Assembly (NCBI GenBank): GCA_964613215.1
Contig: CAZTHK010000005.1
Coordinates: 7,958-71,957 of the forward strand
Source of the DNA: an uncultured bacterium
GTDB taxonomy: Bacteria > Krumholzibacteriota > Krumholzibacteriia > Krumholzibacteriales > CAZTHK01
DNA length: 64,000 nucleotides
Reading direction: 5' to 3'
The notes below the pieces were generated by a model that was not told where the DNA came from, searched no databases, and saw nothing but the letters and a program-made list of their open reading frames with translations. Of this stretch, positions 1 through 9,534 are shown in pieces. Each line of letters opens with the position of its first letter. Positions within the stretch are counted from its first letter, which is position 1. A program made the position numbers and the translations under genes.

Positions 1-195
1 GATTTCGACACCAGATTATAGTATCTGCGGGATATTTTGTAAAAGATAATCCGGTTGATACAGGCACCTGATTGGGACTGAAGAGGGGATATCGATTCGA
101 CCTATTTGAACATTGCGGATCAAATAAAATTGGGGAAACTCTAAATGTTCTTATTGGTTGAAATATACTGAAATAATTGATTTACTCGGGAGGTC

Positions 196-1140
196 ATGAA
201 TCAAGAAAATAAAGTATCCTTAAAGCGCAAGCTGTACCGGTGGGGACTGCTGATAGCCACCAGCACTGCGGTGATATGGTTCATCGTATCCAATGTGGGA
301 CGTATCTCCAGACACCATTTCTCCTTTCAGCTATTTCCCCTGATAATTGCATTTGGCATTATTATAATCGGCTACCTGGTCAGATTCTATATCTGGAGAA
401 GGATCGCCCGTCTTTTCAAATTGAAGTCCCACTTCTGGGTTGCCGGAAGAGCCTACTTTATCTCCTATCTGGGACGGTATGTCCCCGGAAAGATAGGCCT
501 GGCTCTGGTGCGGATAGAGGCATACAACAATTATTCCGCGGACCGGGTGCTGATGGCAACCGGTCTGGAGATGATAGTATCAATTTCCGCTGCCTTTGTC
601 CTGGCAATTGCGGGGATGATTTTTTCCCCGGAGTATTTCCCCCTCTATCTCAGACTTATTTCACCGGTATGCCTGGGTTTACTGATTGTACTGATGAGAC
701 CGCCGGTGTTGAAGAAGGTGACCAGGGCATTCTCCGGAATTACAGGTTTGGATGTAATAAATCCTGCTACCAACTACAGTGAAAATTTATCATTCACCGG
801 TTTATTCTGTTTTCAAGGATTGCTGCATGGCCTGGGATTATTTTTGATATTGAATTCCCTCTCCTCCGTTTCTGCATCCCACTATCTGGCCATTACCGGA
901 GTATACTATTCTGCAATGTTTATAGGATTCATAGCCGCCTTTGCTCCTGCCGGCCTGGGAGTGCGGGAAGGGATTCTGTTCCTGGTGCTGCCCCTTATAG
1001 TGAGCGGGGAGGTGGCAATTGTGGCCTCCATCATCATGAGGCTGGCCACCATACTGGCCGAATTGCTAATGGCTGGATTCTTTACCGCAGGAGTAGTATT
1101 CAGCAGCAGGCGGGGGGATGAAGATTACAGTGGGGAATGA
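196..1140 (+). CDS. Lysylphosphatidylglycerol synthase TM / flippase-like membrane protein (UPF0104-type)
   Basis: Multi-pass hydrophobic 314 aa; LGRYVPGK and APAGLGVREG motifs; GGAGG Shine-Dalgarno upstream. Confidence 0.8.
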   Translation: MNQENKVSLKRKLYRWGLLIATSTAVIWFIVSNVGRISRHHFSFQLFPLIIAFGIIIIGYLVRFYIWRRIARLFKLKSHFWVAGRAYFISYLGRYVPGKIGLALVRIEAYNNYSADRVLMATGLEMIVSISAAFVLAIAGMIFSPEYFPLYLRLISPVCLGLLIVLMRPPVLKKVTRAFSGITGLDVINPATNYSENLSFTGLFCFQGLLHGLGLFLILNSLSSVSASHYLAITGVYYSAMFIGFIAAFAPAGLGVREGILFLVLPLIVSGEVAIVASIIMRLATILAELLMAGFFTAGVVFSSRRGDEDYSGE

Positions 1141-1198
1141 GTCAGGATTTTATCTGATGTGAAACATATCAATGACCTCAACCAGATGACGGAGGATC

Positions 1199-1855
1199 TC
1201 ATCTGCCGAAACCGGTTACGCTGACCCCTATAAAAAGGAGAGCGGGCAGGAGAATTGCTGCTGTGACCATGGGGTGAGCGCTGACAGCATCCGGTTTGAG
1301 AAGCATAAGCATGAGTACTCCGGTTACCGCTCCACCCAGATGAGCTTCATGACCGATATTTCCAAGCTGAGATCTGATTCCGAATATGGAGATAAGAACA
1401 AATCCGATTCCGAACAGCCAGGAGGGAATGGGTATGGGTAGAAAGATAAAGCTTATGGTACCATGGGGATAGATAACAATGCTGGCAAAGATGATCCCTG
1501 ACACAGCACCGGATGCACCCAGGGCCCGGTAATGAAGGTGATCCCTGTGAACAAAAAGTGCCAGCAAGTTGCCGGCTATCAAACTTCCGATATATATCAG
1601 GATATAGAGGGAAAAACCCAGGCTGGCCTCTACGGCATAGCTGAATGAATAGAGGGCGAACATATTGAAGAAGAGATGTCCCACATTGGCATGCAGGAAA
1701 CCGGAGCTGAGTATCCTGATATATTCTCGCTGGGATAGGATCTTCCAGACATGGAAAATGTATTTTTCCATCAATGCCCGGTTGTTAAAGGCGGCCAGTG
1801 ATAACAATACATTTGCTCCGATAATGACAATTACAGGGAGACTGGATATTTCCAT
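1199..1855 (-). CDS. Rhomboid family intramembrane serine protease
   Basis: FLHANVGHLFFNM, GASGA (catalytic Ser) and AHLGG (catalytic His) motifs. Confidence 0.93.
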   Translation of the reverse strand: MEISSLPVIVIIGANVLLSLAAFNNRALMEKYIFHVWKILSQREYIRILSSGFLHANVGHLFFNMFALYSFSYAVEASLGFSLYILIYIGSLIAGNLLALFVHRDHLHYRALGASGAVSGIIFASIVIYPHGTISFIFLPIPIPSWLFGIGFVLISIFGIRSQLGNIGHEAHLGGAVTGVLMLMLLKPDAVSAHPMVTAAILLPALLFIGVSVTGFGR

Positions 1856-2153
1856 ACTGATTTCTCCATTCTCATGCTTTGGCGAATATTGTGTATTTTT
1901 ATTATATCACTCCCATTTAGTCAAGTCCAGGCTGCCGGCATTCCAGGAATTTCAGTGGCCTCACCGGCATTGTTCCGCTGATACGGCCATGAATGGCACT
2001 GAAAATCCAGAAGGTGATATGCCGTACCGTTTGGAGCAGGGCATAAATGGGGAACTGCTGCAGGCTGCACCTTTTGGCTTGATAGAGTGAAATCCCCGGG
2101 TTATTGTTCCCTCAGGGTATAAGCGTTTAGATTGTCCGGCTGGAGGGGCGAAT

Positions 2154-4928
2154 GTGGGTTACGTTCCACTACATGTTCATACCATACATAGCGCCGGAGG
2201 CAGCATCATTACTCCGGCTGAACTGGTATCCAGGGCTGCCTTTCTGAAGATGCCAGCGGTAGCCGTTACTGATAACTGGTCTCTTTACGGGCATTACCAG
2301 TTTGCCAGATTGGCCCTGAATGAGGGTGTTAAACCTCTATTTGGAGCGGTCATACGCACCGGTTCACTGCTGGGAAGGGAAGGGGTGTACCGTTTGACCC
2401 TGCTGGCCGAAAATGACACTGGTTACAGGCACCTGGTCAGACTGGTGAATTCACATTATCTGAATGGTGAAGAGGATATAGTAGAGGTTGGGGATCTGAT
2501 AGAAAACAGAAGTGGCCTGATAGTCCTTTCAGGTGGATTGGATGGAGAAGCTTCTGATGCAGCGGCGGGCGATAACCTGGAAAAGGCGAATGAAGTACTG
2601 AAGAAAATGTTGCAGATATTCGGGGAGGGGAATGTCTTCATGGAATTAACCGATCATGGCCTGAAAAGGGAGGGTTCGGTTAATAAGGCTATGGCCGGAA
2701 TTTCCCGTAAACTTGGTATCCCGTTGGTGGCTGTTAACCAGGACAGATATATTCTCAAGGAGGATGAAAAGTATTTCAGAGCCCTCCGGCGAATCAGGAG
2801 GGAAGAGGACAGGGAGGGGAATATTGATAATATGGAGGAATACTATCTGAAGAGCGAAAGCGAGATGGAGCCGTATTTCTATACTCTGGAAGGAGCTCTG
2901 GAGAACTCCGGCTTGATTTCGGAGCGGTGCAATGTGGATATCCTGAAATCAGGGGTGATTGATTTTTACAGGGCCCCATCTCCGGGTGAGAAGCTGGAGA
3001 AGATGGCTCACCGGAGGTTTTTATTAAAGTATCATCAGATTTCAGCAAAGGCGAAAGACACTCTGGAGAAGCGTCTCCGGGATGAACTGGACATGATCAA
3101 GCGGCAGAAAGTAAGCGGATTTCTGTTGTTTTTGAGGAAACTGATAGAGGATTCGGCAAGGAGGGGGGTATGGATGGAGATTATGGGAGGAAGTGTACAG
3201 GAGAGTTTCATTGCATACCTGATAGGTATTATTCCGCTCAATCCGGTGGAGCATAACCTGATTCTCGAGTCACTGGCAGGCAGCGGGGAGGGGGTCCCCG
3301 GGCCGGTGGATATGTACAGCTCCCAGAGCGACAGGGAGAAGGTGCTGGAGACCATAAGGCAGTTGCTTCCCGGTTATTATACCTACTTTCAGATGGAACT
3401 GAGAAGAAGGTCCTTTCAAACCGTGGTAAAGGAATTGACGGAAGCTTCAAGTATCGACCATTCAGTCAGGAAGAAATTGCTCTCACTGGTATCGGGTTTG
3501 GAGGAGGGAACCAGTCTGACCGGAATACTGGAGGATTCCAGGCCCCTTTTGAATCTTTACAGGGATAATGAGATGGTCCGCAGAGTGATGGATGCTGCTG
3601 ACAAGCTGCGGGGAAGGCTGGTGAGTCTGGTTATGAATTCTTCAAGGTGTGTGATACTTCCCCGGAGAATGGAAGAGTATTTTTCCGTGATAAAGGGTGG
3701 CACTAATGAACGATTTATTATGATGGATAACCGGACCCTGGAGGAAACAGGGGGTATTTCCATATCCCTGCAGCATTCCCATTTCGTTGCAGCTCTGCTT
3801 CAGGTAGTGGAATCCCACCGGGGGAGGGAGGACAGGGAGATTAAATTGTGGCAGGCTGATGCCATGGATGGGCGTGACTGGGGATATCACAAAATCGGTA
3901 ATCCCAGAACTATGAAGTTGATAGCAGAAGGGGATACTACCGGGGTTTATCTGCTGGAGAGCAGGGGGATAAGAGAATTACTGGTGAAGATAAGGCCATC
4001 TGACTTCGATCAGTTGATCAATGTTGTATCCCTTTATCGCCCGGCTCCGCTGAAGGGAAATTTATGGCAGCGCTATATTAAGAATGGGGAAGAAAATGTC
4101 GAAGTTCAGTTACCTCACAGCTCCCTCTCAGCTCCACTCAAGGAAACCAGAGGCATACTTCTATTCAGGGAGCAGGTCAGGAGTATCCTGCAGAGATCAG
4201 CCGGATTAAGTGGAGATCAGATGATTCGGGTGGAAAATGCCCTGGAGAGCCGTGACTCGGGCAAGCTCTCAACAGCCAGGCTGATGTTTATCAGGGGAGC
4301 AATGGAAAACAGTATGGATGAGCAGGATGCTCAGAAAATATTCGATTATCTTCTTCACAATATGAAATTCACTCATCATAAAAGCAGGGTCTGCTTCCAT
4401 GCTTTTCTGAGCTACAGGACTGCATATCTCAAGGCTTACTACTTCGAGGAATATTTTCAGGCCCTGCTTAACTGTAACAGGAATGTCCGTGACAGGTTGA
4501 AAGGTTATCTGGATTATCTGGAAAGTTCAGGAATTACTATCCTGCCGCTTGATATTAACAGAAGCTCCAACAGCTACAGGTTTGAGGAGGGCGGGCTGAG
4601 GCCGCCCCTTCCCCATTCCAGAAGTCTCAATGAACAGGAGGCAATACATATAGTGGAGGAGCGTCGCCGGGGCGGTGAATTTGAGACGTTCGATCAGTTA
4701 ATCGAAAGGGTGCCGGATAAAGTTTCATACCGGGCTATACTCTACCTGATAGAGCAGGGAGCCATGAATTCTTTGGAGGGTGATCCTGAAATGATGAGGC
4801 GGAAATGCGAGAGGATGGCCATCCGGCAGAGAAGGATGACCGGTGATGAGCCTGTAGAGAGTGAAGCCACCGGGGAGGCGCAGAAGAATGATAAGCAACT
4901 TGATATGTTTGATCAGCAGGAAGAATAA
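2154..4928 (+). CDS. DNA polymerase III alpha (DnaE)-like protein, apparently catalytically degenerate, lacking C-terminal OB/tau domains
   Basis: PHP start YVPLHVHT, LTLLAENDTGY, GDTTGVYLLES, SLYRPAPL, YRTAYLKAYY, LPLDINRS match DnaE architecture; PDIDxD and KxDxLG motifs degenerate; ends KQLDMF. GTG start with GGAGG upstream. Confidence 0.85.
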   Translation: MGYVPLHVHTIHSAGGSIITPAELVSRAAFLKMPAVAVTDNWSLYGHYQFARLALNEGVKPLFGAVIRTGSLLGREGVYRLTLLAENDTGYRHLVRLVNSHYLNGEEDIVEVGDLIENRSGLIVLSGGLDGEASDAAAGDNLEKANEVLKKMLQIFGEGNVFMELTDHGLKREGSVNKAMAGISRKLGIPLVAVNQDRYILKEDEKYFRALRRIRREEDREGNIDNMEEYYLKSESEMEPYFYTLEGALENSGLISERCNVDILKSGVIDFYRAPSPGEKLEKMAHRRFLLKYHQISAKAKDTLEKRLRDELDMIKRQKVSGFLLFLRKLIEDSARRGVWMEIMGGSVQESFIAYLIGIIPLNPVEHNLILESLAGSGEGVPGPVDMYSSQSDREKVLETIRQLLPGYYTYFQMELRRRSFQTVVKELTEASSIDHSVRKKLLSLVSGLEEGTSLTGILEDSRPLLNLYRDNEMVRRVMDAADKLRGRLVSLVMNSSRCVILPRRMEEYFSVIKGGTNERFIMMDNRTLEETGGISISLQHSHFVAALLQVVESHRGREDREIKLWQADAMDGRDWGYHKIGNPRTMKLIAEGDTTGVYLLESRGIRELLVKIRPSDFDQLINVVSLYRPAPLKGNLWQRYIKNGEENVEVQLPHSSLSAPLKETRGILLFREQVRSILQRSAGLSGDQMIRVENALESRDSGKLSTARLMFIRGAMENSMDEQDAQKIFDYLLHNMKFTHHKSRVCFHAFLSYRTAYLKAYYFEEYFQALLNCNRNVRDRLKGYLDYLESSGITILPLDINRSSNSYRFEEGGLRPPLPHSRSLNEQEAIHIVEERRRGGEFETFDQLIERVPDKVSYRAILYLIEQGAMNSLEGDPEMMRRKCERMAIRQRRMTGDEPVESEATGEAQKNDKQLDMFDQQEE

Positions 4929-4948
4929 CAGCAGATGAAGTTTTACTA

Positions 4949-4977
4949 TTGACTTTAGGATTTCTTATTGCTACATT
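4949..4977 (+). promoter_or_regulatory. Sigma70-type promoter of tRNA-Glu
   Basis: TTGACT-17 nt-TACATT about 30 nt upstream of the tRNA. Confidence 0.65.
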
Positions 4978-5007
4978 GACATCCGTTTATATTATTGATC
5001 AGCAGGC

Positions 5008-5082
5008 GTCCCCATCGTCTAGTCAGGATCAGGACACCGCCCTTTCACGGCGGCAACACGGGTTCGAATCCCGTTGGGGACG
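5008..5082 (+). tRNA. tRNA-Glu (TTC), CCA not encoded
   Basis: GTCCCCA/TGGGGAC acceptor stem, anticodon arm CCGCC-CT-TTC-AC-GGCGG, T-arm GGTTCGAATCC. Confidence 0.97.
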
Positions 5083-5318
5083 CTCTTTATATATTATCTG
5101 ACCGGCATATATCTAATATTAAATCCCGGAGAGTTAAAAGGCTGGTTCCAGCCCTGAAACTGATTCTGAATCAACTTGCACCGGAATCAGGCAGATGGAA
5201 AAAATTAAGGAAGCTCCGGACAGTGACAGTTATTGACAGCTCTATTCTGAATTTCTATAATCCGTCTCACGGAAGAGTAAAACGAAACAGCAATATCAAA
5301 GCATAAGGGGCCGGTAGG

Positions 5319-6230
5319 ATGAGACTTGCCACCATCAAAGTAGATAAGGGCGAGAGGGCTGCTGTTGTTACATCCCGGGGCGCGGTAACGGTCGAAAGGA
5401 TTAACCATGTCTTCAAGCTAGATTTTCCCCTCCATCTGCTGAATCTCCTTGAATCCGGCAGGTTGGATGAGATGAGAAGGTGGTTTGAAGAAGAGGGCGG
5501 GGAAAAAATAAACTCCCTGAAGCCGGGAAAGGATTTAATTCCCGGGAGGAAAGTAGTCTACTCTCCCTTGTACCGGGAACCGGTAAAGATCTGGGGAATA
5601 GGATTGAATTACACCGAACATGCCGGAGACCTGTCGGAGAGAACCCCCCGGTCCATACCCGCCAGCTTTATAAAGGCAAGTACCACCATCATCGGAGCGG
5701 GAGATAAAATCAGGTTGCCTGTTCAGTCTGAAAAAACAACCGGCGAGGCCGAACTGGGTATTGTTTTCAAGAAGGAGTGCAGGGGGGTGGGTGAGGATAA
5801 CTGGATGGATGTGGTGGCTGGATTCACCAATATTATTGATATGACCGCTGAAGATATTCTCAGAAGAAATCCCCGCTATCTGACCCTGTCCAAGAATTTC
5901 GATACCTTCTTCAGCTTCGGACCCCATCTGGTGACTCCGGATGAAATCAGGGATGTTTTAACAATTAATGTTGCCACAGTAATCAACGGGAAGATTCATG
6001 CCCGCAACAGCGTTTCAAATATGATCTTTCCACCTCCCTTTCTGGTATCATTCCACTGTGGAGCTATGACCATGCATCCGGGGGATATAATATCCACCGG
6101 AACACCCCGGGCGGTCGAGCTCAGTGACGGAGATGAGATAGAGTGCCGGATAGACGGACTGGAGCCCCTGGTCAACGGGGTGATCGATCAAAAGAAGTTG
6201 AAGCAGGAAGGCGATAGGATATGGACTTGA
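5319..6230 (+). CDS. Fumarylacetoacetate hydrolase family protein
   Basis: KIWGIGLNYTEHA, EAELGIV, SKNFDTF, PGDIISTGTP motifs. Confidence 0.93.
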   Translation: MRLATIKVDKGERAAVVTSRGAVTVERINHVFKLDFPLHLLNLLESGRLDEMRRWFEEEGGEKINSLKPGKDLIPGRKVVYSPLYREPVKIWGIGLNYTEHAGDLSERTPRSIPASFIKASTTIIGAGDKIRLPVQSEKTTGEAELGIVFKKECRGVGEDNWMDVVAGFTNIIDMTAEDILRRNPRYLTLSKNFDTFFSFGPHLVTPDEIRDVLTINVATVINGKIHARNSVSNMIFPPPFLVSFHCGAMTMHPGDIISTGTPRAVELSDGDEIECRIDGLEPLVNGVIDQKKLKQEGDRIWT

Positions 6231-7012
6231 AGCTGAAGGGTAAGATAATCGTGGTTACCGGTGCCAGCAGGGGTATGGGTATGGCAAGTGCCGGAGTGCT
6301 TTGCGAAGAGGGGGCCAGGGTAGTAATTTCGTCCCGGAGTGATAAGAACCTGAAACCGGCAGCAGCCCGGATAGAAGCAGAAACCGGTAATAAACCGGCT
6401 GTCTTTGCGGCGGATATCTCCAGGCTGGATGATATCCTCTCTCTGAAGGAATGGATTCTGGATGAATTCTCCACCGTTCACGGAATATTGATCAACGCGG
6501 GGGGACCTCCCACAGGTCCTTCCACCTCTCACAATGAGGGGGAGTGGGATAGTGCTATTAAAACCAACCTGATGTCAGTGATCAGGATAACCAGGGAATT
6601 TGTACCGGTGATGAAGAAACAGAAATTCGGTCGGATAGTTGCAATAACTTCCTCATCGGCGAAACAGCCCCTGGACAATCTGGTGCTATCCAATACCACC
6701 AGGGCGGGGGTACACGGATATCTGAAAACCCTGGCAAATGAAGTGGGTAAGGACGATATCCTTGTTAATGCTCTCATGCCGGGACCGACAAATACTGAGC
6801 GTCTTCAGAATATCCTGAAGAACCGGGCTGATAAGGAGGGTATTCCCCTGGAAGAGGTGATAGCCGGAAGAACCGCCCGTATTCCTGTGGGGAGATTCGG
6901 CGAACCTGAGGAGCTGGGGACCCTTGCCGCTTTTCTGCTCTCCGGAAGGAACACCTACCTTACCGGCCAGTCCATCGCGGTGGACGGAGGATATCTGAAA
7001 GCGGTACTATAG
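6221..7012 (+). CDS. SDR family oxidoreductase
   Basis: TGASRGMG, NAGGPP, LVLSNTTRAG, IPVGRFGEPEE, YLTGQSIAVDGG; overlaps the FAH gene by 10 nt. Confidence 0.93.
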   Translation: MDLKLKGKIIVVTGASRGMGMASAGVLCEEGARVVISSRSDKNLKPAAARIEAETGNKPAVFAADISRLDDILSLKEWILDEFSTVHGILINAGGPPTGPSTSHNEGEWDSAIKTNLMSVIRITREFVPVMKKQKFGRIVAITSSSAKQPLDNLVLSNTTRAGVHGYLKTLANEVGKDDILVNALMPGPTNTERLQNILKNRADKEGIPLEEVIAGRTARIPVGRFGEPEELGTLAAFLLSGRNTYLTGQSIAVDGGYLKAVL

Positions 7013-7032
7013 GCTGCAGGTTTCATGAAGCA

Positions 7033-7230
7033 TTACGGACACTCATAACCGGGAGCCTGGGAGGTTCCGTCGTTCACGGTCTGTTCTTCCATGGTGAACT
7101 CCTTGTCCGATATTATCATAAGCTTATAGGTGCCTGATGAACCGCAACTGTTACCCCAGTGCCTGGTAATTGCAAAACGGTAGGTACCGGCATCGGTAAT
7201 GGAGAAATCGGGTATCCACTGAATTTTCAT
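7033..7230 (-). CDS. Small orphan ORF or C-terminal gene remnant (65 aa)
   Basis: Protein-like beta-strand pattern (GTYRFAI...GTYKLMI) with two Cys; fills the intergenic gap; no strong SD. Confidence 0.35.
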   Translation of the reverse strand: MKIQWIPDFSITDAGTYRFAITRHWGNSCGSSGTYKLMIISDKEFTMEEQTVNDGTSQAPGYECP

Positions 7231-7380
7231 TATTCGCTTTCCGTTTTCTTGGTTCTATTACCTGAATTGCATTGAAATAAAATTGATTTGCCTATATAGT
7301 ATATTTCCACTGGATGCCCCCTTCGAGCATTCAGCGGAGGATAACTGTTGATAGAGCTTAATTCTGGAGAGGGAGCATTT

Positions 7381-9474
7381 ATGAATAAACTGATCTGTTC
7401 TCTGGTAACGGTATTGATAATGTTCTGTTTTATCACGGAAGGTATTCAAGGAATGAGTGCCAGAAAGGAAGGGCTCTCCTGGATGAAGGAATCTAAAGGT
7501 AAGCTGAAGTCGGAATTGATCTCCCGGTACGGTGAACAACAGCAGGAGAGGATCGAGAGGGGGCTTGAGCAGGTAGCTCAGTTCTGGCGTGAGGAGGATG
7601 GGGGAGCGGATGAATTCGAGCAGTTTGTGCTGAAAAACTTCGCAGGTGATGATAAAACCCTGGATATGATTTTCCAGCGCTTTGAGAGGATCCTGGAAAA
7701 GATAAACGGGCATATGAACGAGATTACCCTGGAACTCAGGAAACAGGCTGACCTCGATCTGGGGCCCATGGTGCCAATGGACAGAATATGCTCAGGATAC
7801 AACCCTTCCGCACATGTGAAGGAAGATTTCTTTAAAAATAAATTGGCCTTTGTGGTACTGCTCAACTTTCCCCTTACCCTCCTGGAGGAGCGGCTTGACG
7901 AAGGATCCGGCTGGAACAGGAGAAGGTGGGCGGAGGCCCGCCTGGCTCAATCCTTCTCCAAGAGGATTCCCTCGGAGGTAAGGATGGAATTCGCCAGAGC
8001 GGCTGCCCTGGCGGACAACTATATCGCCGGGTACAATATCTGGATGCATCACCTTATTAATGAAAAAGGGGAGAGACTGTTTCCCGCCGGAATGCGGCTG
8101 CTTTCCCACTGGAACCTGAGGGATGAGATTAAGGCGGATTACGGGGACGGGGAAAAGGGGCTGGCCAAGCAGAGGATGATACAGAAGGTCATGGAGAGGA
8201 TTGTTACCCAGACCATTCCGGAGGTGGTGATCGATAATCCCCATGTGGACTGGAATCCATTCTCAAATGAAGTGTACCCCTCCCGGGTGGATGATTCGGA
8301 AAAACCTGCACCTGAAAATATGAAAGTAACCAGCAGCCCGGAACCTGATACCAGGTACAGGATTCTTATGGAGACTTTCAGGGCGGCCAGGATGATAGAT
8401 CCATATTCTCCCACCACTCCCACCCATATAGACAGAAGATTCCAGGAGGACCGTGAGATTCCGGAGAAGCAGGTGAGGAGGATACTCGAACAGGTGGTTT
8501 CTTCACCACTGGTTTCGGAGGTTGCCGGTATAATAGAATCCAGACTGGGGCGCCCTCTGGAACCCTTCGATATCTGGTACAATGGATTCCGGGTCAAAAG
8601 CAGGTATTCAGAAGCTGAACTGGACCGGATAGTACCCCGTAAATATCCCACTGCAGATGACTTTGAAGAAGATATTCCGGCATTCCTGAGGAAACTGAAA
8701 TTCCAGCCCGAGAAGGCTGACTGGCTGGCCGGTATGATATCGGTGGAACCGGCCAGAGGCTCGGGCCATGCCTGGGGAGGTGAAATGAAGGGAGCCGAGG
8801 CCCGTCTGCGTACCCGGGTGGGTGAGGGTGGAATGGATTATAAGGGATTCAATATAGCGGTACATGAGATGGGCCACAATGTGGAACAGGTTATATCCAT
8901 GAACGATATTGACCACACCCTGCTCAATGGTGTTCCCAATACTGCTTTTACCGAAGCATTCGCCTTCATCTTTCAGGAGAACGACCTGATGCTTCTGGGA
9001 TTGGAGGGAGAGGAGAGCGCCAAATCCGATGCCATCAGAACCATCAATGATTTCTGGATGACTTACGAGATCGCAGGCGTTTCGCTGGTTGATATGGAGG
9101 TGTGGCACTGGATGTACCGTCATCCCGACGCTACACCCGCCCAGCTGAAGAGGGCGGTACTGGAAATATCCAGGGATATATGGAATAAATACTACGCCTC
9201 CGTTCTGGGCGGCGAGGATGAGATTCTGCTGGGGATATACTCTCATATGATTCATTCGTTCCTCTATCTCCCCGATTATCCGCTGGGACATCTGATTGCT
9301 TTCCAGATTAAGAAGTACATAGAGGAAGAGGGCGAAATCGGAGATGAGGTGGTAAGGATGGCCGGTCTGGGCAGGATCGCCCCTGATCTGTGGATGAAGA
9401 AGGCAACTGGTTCCAGGGTAAGCGCAAAGCCGCTTCTCCGGGCTGCCGGGAAAGCACTTGAAGTGATCAGGTAA
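7381..9474 (+). CDS. Exported gluzincin-type (M3/M32-like) zinc metallopeptidase of unassigned family
   Basis: Signal peptide from ATG 7381 (GGAG SD); HEMGH plus downstream TEAFAF third-ligand Glu; DYPLGHLIAFQ tail. Confidence 0.65.
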   Translation: MNKLICSLVTVLIMFCFITEGIQGMSARKEGLSWMKESKGKLKSELISRYGEQQQERIERGLEQVAQFWREEDGGADEFEQFVLKNFAGDDKTLDMIFQRFERILEKINGHMNEITLELRKQADLDLGPMVPMDRICSGYNPSAHVKEDFFKNKLAFVVLLNFPLTLLEERLDEGSGWNRRRWAEARLAQSFSKRIPSEVRMEFARAAALADNYIAGYNIWMHHLINEKGERLFPAGMRLLSHWNLRDEIKADYGDGEKGLAKQRMIQKVMERIVTQTIPEVVIDNPHVDWNPFSNEVYPSRVDDSEKPAPENMKVTSSPEPDTRYRILMETFRAARMIDPYSPTTPTHIDRRFQEDREIPEKQVRRILEQVVSSPLVSEVAGIIESRLGRPLEPFDIWYNGFRVKSRYSEAELDRIVPRKYPTADDFEEDIPAFLRKLKFQPEKADWLAGMISVEPARGSGHAWGGEMKGAEARLRTRVGEGGMDYKGFNIAVHEMGHNVEQVISMNDIDHTLLNGVPNTAFTEAFAFIFQENDLMLLGLEGEESAKSDAIRTINDFWMTYEIAGVSLVDMEVWHWMYRHPDATPAQLKRAVLEISRDIWNKYYASVLGGEDEILLGIYSHMIHSFLYLPDYPLGHLIAFQIKKYIEEEGEIGDEVVRMAGLGRIAPDLWMKKATGSRVSAKPLLRAAGKALEVIR

Positions 9475-9534
9475 TCTGTTAATTATGAATGAATAATTGA
9501 TGAGCTACTGTAATTATAACCAAGGTGGAGGCGT

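Noticed and set aside
1665-2090. 141-aa + strand ORF upstream of the DnaE-like gene considered as an ImuA-like partner
   Set aside because: Overlaps the rhomboid gene on the other strand, has no RecA-like motifs and a non-protein-like composition.
2154-4928. Calling this gene the replicative dnaE or a standard dnaE2
   Set aside because: Catalytic aspartate motifs are degenerate, the OB domain is absent and no imuA/imuB is adjacent.
4995-5306. 103-aa ORF over tRNA-Glu (likewise 54511-54720 over tRNA-Ala)
   Set aside because: Translation of tRNA sequence; spurious.
5083-7380. Possible genomic island integrated at tRNA-Glu
   Set aside because: No integrase, no duplicated tRNA 3' end seen, and downstream genes are ordinary metabolic genes.
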